Shown here: positions 58,819 through 64,000 of the stretch, in pieces
Layout: every line of letters begins with the position of its first letter
How positions within the stretch are numbered: position 1 is the first letter of the stretch
NCBI GenBank assembly: GCA_964532255.1
Contig: CAZHGR010000002.1
Location: 6,374-70,373, forward strand
Length of the DNA: 64,000 bases
Direction: 5' to 3'
Source of the DNA: an uncultured Sphingobium sp.
GTDB lineage: Bacteria; Pseudomonadota; Alphaproteobacteria; Sphingomonadales; Sphingomonadaceae
The notes under the pieces: model-generated
What the model was told of the DNA's origin: nothing
Databases searched by the model: none
What the model saw: only the letters and a program-made list of their open reading frames with translations
Translations under genes and position numbers: made by a program

Positions 58819-59892
58819 TCAGCGGCGCGCGCCGCCTCCGCGCTTGCCCGCTGAAAGGACGCGGAGCGCCTCAAGCGCATCGCGCAAGGCATCATCGACC
58901 GTCTCGGCCACCGGCGCCTGACCTTCAGCCTGCAGCGGATCGCCCGAGCGGTTGAGCGTCTGATCGAGGCGCGCCGCCGCATCCTGCGCATCGGCAATGG
59001 CGATCCGCTCCTCGACGCTCTTTTCAAAGCGGCCGAGCAGCGCTGACAGCGGCGCGTCCGGGGCGACGGGCAGCGCGACGGGCGGCGCATCCGGCGCGGC
59101 CAGCGGTGCCGAAGCGGGTTCCTGCTGCACGGCGACCGGTTGCGGAATATGCGGCTCGGGTTCCGGGATGGCCCGCAGAAGCGCGCGCAGCGCCTCAACC
59201 TCCTCCTCGCTCAGCGGCTCAGGGGAGCGCGGCAGCGGGCGCGGCCGGTCATGCCGTGACAGGTCGCGGACCGGCGGCCGCGCCGGATCGAAGTCGATAC
59301 CGAGAAACGGCGGCTGCCTCTCGGCGACCGGTGCCGATGAAACCAGCTCCAATTTCGGAGCGCTGCTGTCCGATGGCTCGAAGACTCCGGCGGGCAGATC
59401 GCGGCTGGCGAACAGCGGCACAGGTGCCGGCGCGTCCGGATGCAGGTCCGCGCGTCGCCACTTGATGTCATGCGGGCGGCGGTCGGAAACCGGGGCGGAC
59501 GCCGACTCGCGTCCGCGTGCGAAGCTGGCAAGCCTCTGCCAGCCGGATGCTGTGGCCAATGGCATGCGATCGGTCCTTTCGCTTGGTGGCGCGGCGCTGT
59601 CTTCGCCGGGCGACATCTTGCCGAATATCAGCAGCAGGGCAGCGGTGACGATCCCGACCGACAGCGCCAGCAGCAGGCGCGGTGCCCAGCCGAGCGGCGG
59701 CACGAGCGACGGCAGGGCTTCGCCGAGGCCCAGTGAGGCGATGGCGAGTTCGACGAGGCTGGCCGGCAATGCGGCAACCGCCGCGCTCGCCAGCAGGGCG
59801 CCGAACAGCACACGGCTGAAGCGCGACGACGGCTGAACGATCAGCGCCCGCGAAGGCGCAAGCCGCAGATTTTCATGCCCGGACAGGTCCAC
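58819..59892 (-). CDS. Hypothetical membrane protein with Pro-rich disordered region
   Basis: Two to three N-terminal TM segments; RRADLHPDAP..PLFASRDL; C-terminal helices. Confidence 0.55.
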   Translation of the reverse strand: MDLSGHENLRLAPSRALIVQPSSRFSRVLFGALLASAAVAALPASLVELAIASLGLGEALPSLVPPLGWAPRLLLALSVGIVTAALLLIFGKMSPGEDSAAPPSERTDRMPLATASGWQRLASFARGRESASAPVSDRRPHDIKWRRADLHPDAPAPVPLFASRDLPAGVFEPSDSSAPKLELVSSAPVAERQPPFLGIDFDPARPPVRDLSRHDRPRPLPRSPEPLSEEEVEALRALLRAIPEPEPHIPQPVAVQQEPASAPLAAPDAPPVALPVAPDAPLSALLGRFEKSVEERIAIADAQDAAARLDQTLNRSGDPLQAEGQAPVAETVDDALRDALEALRVLSAGKRGGGARR

Positions 59893-59916
59893 CGCAAGGT
59901 CCCCTTAACCATAGGG

Positions 59917-61095
59917 TCACCGGCCTAGCAGGCGATGGTAAACAGATTCGTAACGCCGCACGTTGCGCGCCCAGTCGCGTTCCTCCTCGACGAAGCGCCG
60001 CCCTGCCTCGCGGCGCGCGTCCCAGATGTCGGGCCGTTCGAGCAGTCCCGCCACCGCATCGGCGAGCGCATCGGGATTGTCTGGGGGAAACAGCGTGCCG
60101 GTCTCGCCGTCGCGGATCAGCTCGCGATGGCCGCCCACCGACGACGCCGCGACCAGCCGCCGCTGGGCCATCGCCTCAAGCGGCTTCAGGGGCGTGACGA
60201 GTTCGGTCAGCCGCATCGCCTTGCGCGGATAGGCGAGCACGTCGATCAGGCTATAATATCGCTCTACTTCCGCATGGGGCACGCGGCCGACGAAGCGGAT
60301 CGCGTCGGCCACGGGCGATGCCGCCGCCTGAGCACGCAGCGCGGCCTCCATCGGACCACCGCCGACGAGCAGCAGCCGCGCCGCCGGACAGCGCGCAACG
60401 AGCCGTGGCATCGCTGCGATCAGGTCGTCGATCCCCTCATAATCATAGAAGCTTCCGATGAAGCCGATCACCTGGCTGCCGTCGACGCCGAGTTCGCTTG
60501 CCAGCGCCGCGTCACGCGGCGGCGGATCGCCGAACATTGCCATGTCGACGCCATTGGGCGAGACCATGATCTTGCCCGGCGCGACACCGCGCGCGATCAG
60601 GTCGGACTTCAGCCCCTCGCAGATCACTGCGACCGCGTCGGCCCGGCGCACCGCGAAGCTCTCCAGAGCGCGCGTCACGCGATATTTCGGACTGCCCTCG
60701 CGTCCTTCGCCATTGCCGACCGCTGCATCCTCCCAGAAGGCGCGGATCTCGTACATCAGCGGCAGGCCGTGCCGGCGCGACACCGGCAGCGCGGCAAGCG
60801 CGCCGAGCACGGGCGAATGGGCGTGGAGAATATCCGGCCGCCATTCGCGCACCAGCGCGTCGATTCCCCGCGACCATGCGGCGAGATCGCGAAGCTCGCC
60901 CCGCCCGCCCGGCACACGGTGAAAGCCCAGCCCATCGACGCCCTCCACTGCCGGACCCTCGGCGCGGTGGCGGCTGCCGGTGATGCCGCGCACCTCCCAT
61001 CCCATCGCCTGCTGCGCCTTGAGGATGGCGCGCGTGCGGAACGTATATCCGCTGTGCAGCGGCAGGCTGTGGTCGAGGATGTGAAGGATACGCAT
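59917..61095 (-). CDS. GT4 glycosyltransferase, PEP-CTERM/exosortase A-associated type
   Basis: MRILHILDHSLPLHSGYTFRT, YEIRAFWEDAAV, GSFYDYEG, LVTPLKPLEAMA. Confidence 0.85.
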   Translation of the reverse strand: MRILHILDHSLPLHSGYTFRTRAILKAQQAMGWEVRGITGSRHRAEGPAVEGVDGLGFHRVPGGRGELRDLAAWSRGIDALVREWRPDILHAHSPVLGALAALPVSRRHGLPLMYEIRAFWEDAAVGNGEGREGSPKYRVTRALESFAVRRADAVAVICEGLKSDLIARGVAPGKIMVSPNGVDMAMFGDPPPRDAALASELGVDGSQVIGFIGSFYDYEGIDDLIAAMPRLVARCPAARLLLVGGGPMEAALRAQAAASPVADAIRFVGRVPHAEVERYYSLIDVLAYPRKAMRLTELVTPLKPLEAMAQRRLVAASSVGGHRELIRDGETGTLFPPDNPDALADAVAGLLERPDIWDARREAGRRFVEEERDWARNVRRYESVYHRLLGR

Positions 61096-61202
61096 CGCCT
61101 GTCGCCATAGGCCGGGGAGGTTTAACGTCGCCTCAACTACGAACGGGTTAGGCCGACCAAAGCATCACGGGGGACGGCATTGAACGGGAGTGCGACGTTT
61201 TT

Positions 61203-61297
61203 CTCCCCTCCCGCGTGCGGGAGGAGCCGGGGGTGGGCATCGGCGCACGGCCGCTTCACCCCACCCAGCAGCCCCCTCCCGCACGCGGGAGGGGGAG
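61203..61297. repeat. Second-family palindromic repeat (CCCCTCCCGC..GCGGGAGGGG doublet)
   Basis: CTCCCCTCCCGCGTGCGGGAGGAG...CCCCCTCCCGCACGCGGGAGGGGGAG forming an inverted doublet. Confidence 0.75.
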
Positions 61298-61328
61298 CGA
61301 TGGCTCGTGCGCCGACCCGGCCGGCCCC

Positions 61329-61490
61329 ATGATCGACAATCTCTCGCTGTTCATCAGCCACGGGCTGATCCTGCTCACCTGCTGGCGGCTGCTGTCGCGG
61401 CCCGACCTCGACGACGAGGCGATGGAGGACCCGCGCGACGGGTTCCGCCGCGCCACCCGGCCCGCTGCCGAAGGCGAGCCCGATGCGTGA
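61329..61490 (+). CDS. Small hypothetical membrane protein
   Basis: MIDNLSLFISHGLILLTCWRLLSRPDLD..; overlaps the start of the ligase gene. Confidence 0.55.
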   Translation: MIDNLSLFISHGLILLTCWRLLSRPDLDDEAMEDPRDGFRRATRPAAEGEPDA

Positions 61491-62838
61491 CCTCGTCTTC
61501 GTCGGCTTCCTCATGTCGCTGTTCGCGCTCGGGACGAAACGGCCGTTCATCCTGATCCTGGCCTATGCCTATATCGACATCGTCTCCCCCCAGCGGCTGA
61601 CCTATATCCTGCTCAACAGCGTGCCGATCTCGCTGATCGCGTTTGTGGCGGCGGTCGGCGGCTGGATCATCTTCGACGACAAGAGCGACACGCGGTTGTC
61701 GCGGCGACAGATGCTGATCCTGCTGCTGCTCGGCTATTGCGGCTACACGACGATTCACGCCGATTTTCCGATCGACGCGGCCGCCAAATGGGCGTGGGTA
61801 TGGAAGGCGCTGCTGTTCGCGATCTTCCTGCCGCTCACGCTGCGCACCCGGCTGCGGATCGAGGCGCTGAGCCTCGTCATGGTGTTCAGCGCAAGCTCGA
61901 TCATCATCACCGGCGGCATCAAGACCGCGCTGTCGGGCGGCGGCTATGGCGTCCTCAACCTGATGGTGGAGAACAACAGCGGCCTGTACGAAGGGTCGAT
62001 CATCTCGACGGTCGCGATCTGCATCATCCCGCTGATCCTCTATCTCGCGCGCCACAGCACCGTCTTTCCCGCGGACTGGCGGACCCGAGGCTTCGGCTAT
62101 GCGCTCTGCTTCGCCTGCCTCTTGATCCCGATCGGCACGGAGGCGCGCACCGGCCTGGTGTGCGCGGCGATCCTGGCGGGGCTGATGTTCCTGCACATCC
62201 GGCGCAAGATGCTGTTCGGTACGCTCGGCCTGCTGGCGATGATCGCCGCAGTCCCCTTCCTGCCGTCGAGCTTCACGCAGCGGATGGACACCATCACGCA
62301 GTATCAGGGCGACGAAAGCGCCTCGACGCGGCTCAAGGTGTGGGGCTGGACCATCGACTATGTGCGGCAGAACCCGCTTGGCGGCGGGTTCGATGCCTAT
62401 CGGTCGAACAGCTTCCGCTACGAGACCGTCCAGAAGATCGACGAGCAGAACGGCAATGTCCGGTTCGAGCGGATGACCGTGATCGACAAGTCGCGTGCCT
62501 ATCATTCCAGCTATTTCGAGATGCTGGGCGAACAGGGCATTCCGGGCCTGCTGCTGTGGCTGACGATCAACTTCGGCACCATCCTTCAGACCGAGCGGAT
62601 CAGGCGGCGCTATCGCGACACGGCCGACCCCGCAAAGGCCTGGATCGCGCCCTATGCGCAGGCGATGGGCCAGGGGCACATGGTCTATATGGTCGGCAGC
62701 CTGTTCGTCGGCATCGCCTTCCAGCCCTTCGTCTTCATGCTGGTCGCGCTCCAGATCGGCCTGACGACCTATCTGCGGCGGATCGAGCGGGCGGAGAACT
62801 GGCAGCCGATCGTGGGGACCAAAACGGTACCAGCTTAA
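61483..62838 (+). CDS. Putative O-glycosylation ligase (WaaL/Wzy-like), exosortase A system-associated
   Basis: Multi-TM protein; MRDL, TEARTGL, SASTRL.VW, PLGGGF, AYHSSYFEMLGEQG. Confidence 0.8.
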   Translation: MRDLVFVGFLMSLFALGTKRPFILILAYAYIDIVSPQRLTYILLNSVPISLIAFVAAVGGWIIFDDKSDTRLSRRQMLILLLLGYCGYTTIHADFPIDAAAKWAWVWKALLFAIFLPLTLRTRLRIEALSLVMVFSASSIIITGGIKTALSGGGYGVLNLMVENNSGLYEGSIISTVAICIIPLILYLARHSTVFPADWRTRGFGYALCFACLLIPIGTEARTGLVCAAILAGLMFLHIRRKMLFGTLGLLAMIAAVPFLPSSFTQRMDTITQYQGDESASTRLKVWGWTIDYVRQNPLGGGFDAYRSNSFRYETVQKIDEQNGNVRFERMTVIDKSRAYHSSYFEMLGEQGIPGLLLWLTINFGTILQTERIRRRYRDTADPAKAWIAPYAQAMGQGHMVYMVGSLFVGIAFQPFVFMLVALQIGLTTYLRRIERAENWQPIVGTKTVPA

Positions 62839-62841
62839 ATC

Positions 62842-62923
62842 CGTCATCCCCGCGAAGGCGGGGATCCAGATTCAAGCAGCACGGCGCATGTGACTCTGGA
62901 TTCCCGCTTTCGCGGGAATGACG
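62842..62923. repeat. REP/REPIN-like inverted doublet between convergent genes
   Basis: CGTCATCCCCGCGAAGGCGGGGATCCAGA...TCTGGATTCCCGCTTTCGCGGGAATGACG. Confidence 0.85.
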
Positions 62924-62935
62924 AGAGAGAGACAG

Positions 62936-63238
62936 TCAGCTCCGCCGCGTCCCCGTCATCGTGAAGCTGCCGAACGCGCCGGTATCGACGGTGGCCGTCA
63001 GCGTGTCGCCGTCGACCACGCCTTCGCAGTTCAGCGTCATCGGCATGGGCAGCGTCATCTCCATTTTCCACGTCAGCCGGTTGCCGTCGATCACGCCGTC
63101 GCGGACCTCCAGCGAGCCCAGCGGGCTGGCATTGGTGCCGTGGAAGCTGTTGCCGCTGCTGACGATGGTGAAGATGCTCTTCTGCTCGCCCAGCGGCGTC
63201 TTGCTGACGCAGTCATAAGCGCCGTCAACCTTTGTCAT
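62936..63238 (-). CDS. Small all-beta hypothetical protein
   Basis: RBS AAGGGAG; internal repeat KTPLG / ASPLG / TLPMP / TGAFG beta-hairpins. Confidence 0.65.
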   Translation of the reverse strand: MTKVDGAYDCVSKTPLGEQKSIFTIVSSGNSFHGTNASPLGSLEVRDGVIDGNRLTWKMEMTLPMPMTLNCEGVVDGDTLTATVDTGAFGSFTMTGTRRS

Positions 63239-63249
63239 GAACTCTCCCT

Positions 63250-64000
63250 TCACTCGGCGGCACCGGTCTGCGGCGCGACGCCTGAACTGTCAATCACGCG
63301 CAGCGGCAGGCCGAGCGCCTGAAGCTGCGGCCGGACGATCGACGCATCGCCGACGACCACCCATTTCAGCCGCACGGGATCGAGCACGCCGCGCGCCGCC
63401 TCGTCCAGCGCAGCGGGCGTCAGCGCCGCATAGCGCTGCCCCAGCGTCTCGACATAGTCGAACGGCCTGCCCGACAGCGCATCGTCGCGCATCTGTCCCA
63501 GGACCGCGCCGGTCGTCTCGTAGCGCCCCGGAAGCCCGGCGATCGCACCCTTGACGATGCGGTCATACTCGGCCGTGGTAACGCCCTTGCCGCCGACAAA
63601 GCCCTTCATCTGGTCGAGCATCGCCGTGATCGTCGGGCCGGTCTTGTCCGCCTGAACCGGCGCCACCAGCAGATAAGGGCTGGGGCCGATGCGCTGCGAC
63701 AGATAGGCGCTGACGCCGTAGGACCACGCCTTCTCCTCGCGGATGTCGGTATTGAGCCGCGACGTGAAGTCGTTGCCGAAGATGCGGTTGGCGGTCTCGA
63801 ACGACAGCAGGTCGTCGGTCGTGGTCTTCGCGGTGACGAAGCCGCCCACCACCATCGACTGCGGCGATTGCGGCCGGTCGATCAGCACGACCTCCGGCGT
63901 AGCCGCAGGCAGCGGGCCGTCGAGCGTCTTGGGCAGCGGCATGTCGCGCGTCGAGGGCCAGCGCGCGAAATACTGTTCCAGCAGCGCGATCAGCAGGTCG
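63250..64000 (-). CDS. M16 (pitrilysin/insulinase) family peptidase, C-terminal part (partial)
   Basis: Frame is open to the window edge; LIDRPQSPQS, FGNDFTSRLNTDIREEKAWSYG, WVVVGD. Confidence 0.85.
   Translation of the reverse strand, partial: DLLIALLEQYFARWPSTRDMPLPKTLDGPLPAATPEVVLIDRPQSPQSMVVGGFVTAKTTTDDLLSFETANRIFGNDFTSRLNTDIREEKAWSYGVSAYLSQRIGPSPYLLVAPVQADKTGPTITAMLDQMKGFVGGKGVTTAEYDRIVKGAIAGLPGRYETTGAVLGQMRDDALSGRPFDYVETLGQRYAALTPAALDEAARGVLDPVRLKWVVVGDASIVRPQLQALGLPLRVIDSSGVAPQTGAAE

Noticed and set aside
17738-62923. Palindromic repeats as CRISPR repeats or attC sites
   Set aside because: They are dispersed single doublets with no regular repeat-spacer array, and no cas or integrase gene is present.

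Overview
This is a GC-rich alphaproteobacterial chromosome segment; gene content and order suggest Sphingomonadaceae. The left ~36 kb is an accessory secretion locus. It holds an operon of a partial OM beta-barrel gene, DUF2341-LamG-ExbB, ExbD, a TonB-like protein, a putative porin and a ~4240-aa filamentous-haemagglutinin/TpsA-like protein. Beyond that lie a SleB-type hydrolase, an enlarged DING/PstS-like protein preceded by a Pho-box-like site, and a divergent type II secretion operon (gspE-F-G-H-I-J-L-M-C?-D-K) with a lipoprotein secretin. The layout resembles the Pseudomonas aeruginosa Hxc/LapA/PdtAB/ExbB2D2 phosphate-starvation island. It is split by a 5.3-kb nested IS630/IS3/IS256 structure carrying a GT4 glycosyltransferase and a sulfotransferase. 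The right part is mostly core genome: tRNA-Gln, ppx, rlmE, a DsbA-like gene, an M48 protease, rne, an amidase, PBP1A and prfB. It also contains a GNAT/JmjC cluster interrupted by arsC-arsH, a large transglutaminase/amidoligase-like gene, a CI/Cro-like divergent switch with an SOS box and repeated operators, exosortase-A-associated glycosylation genes and several palindromic REP-like repeats. All calls come from motif reading and recalled family knowledge; no database searches were run.
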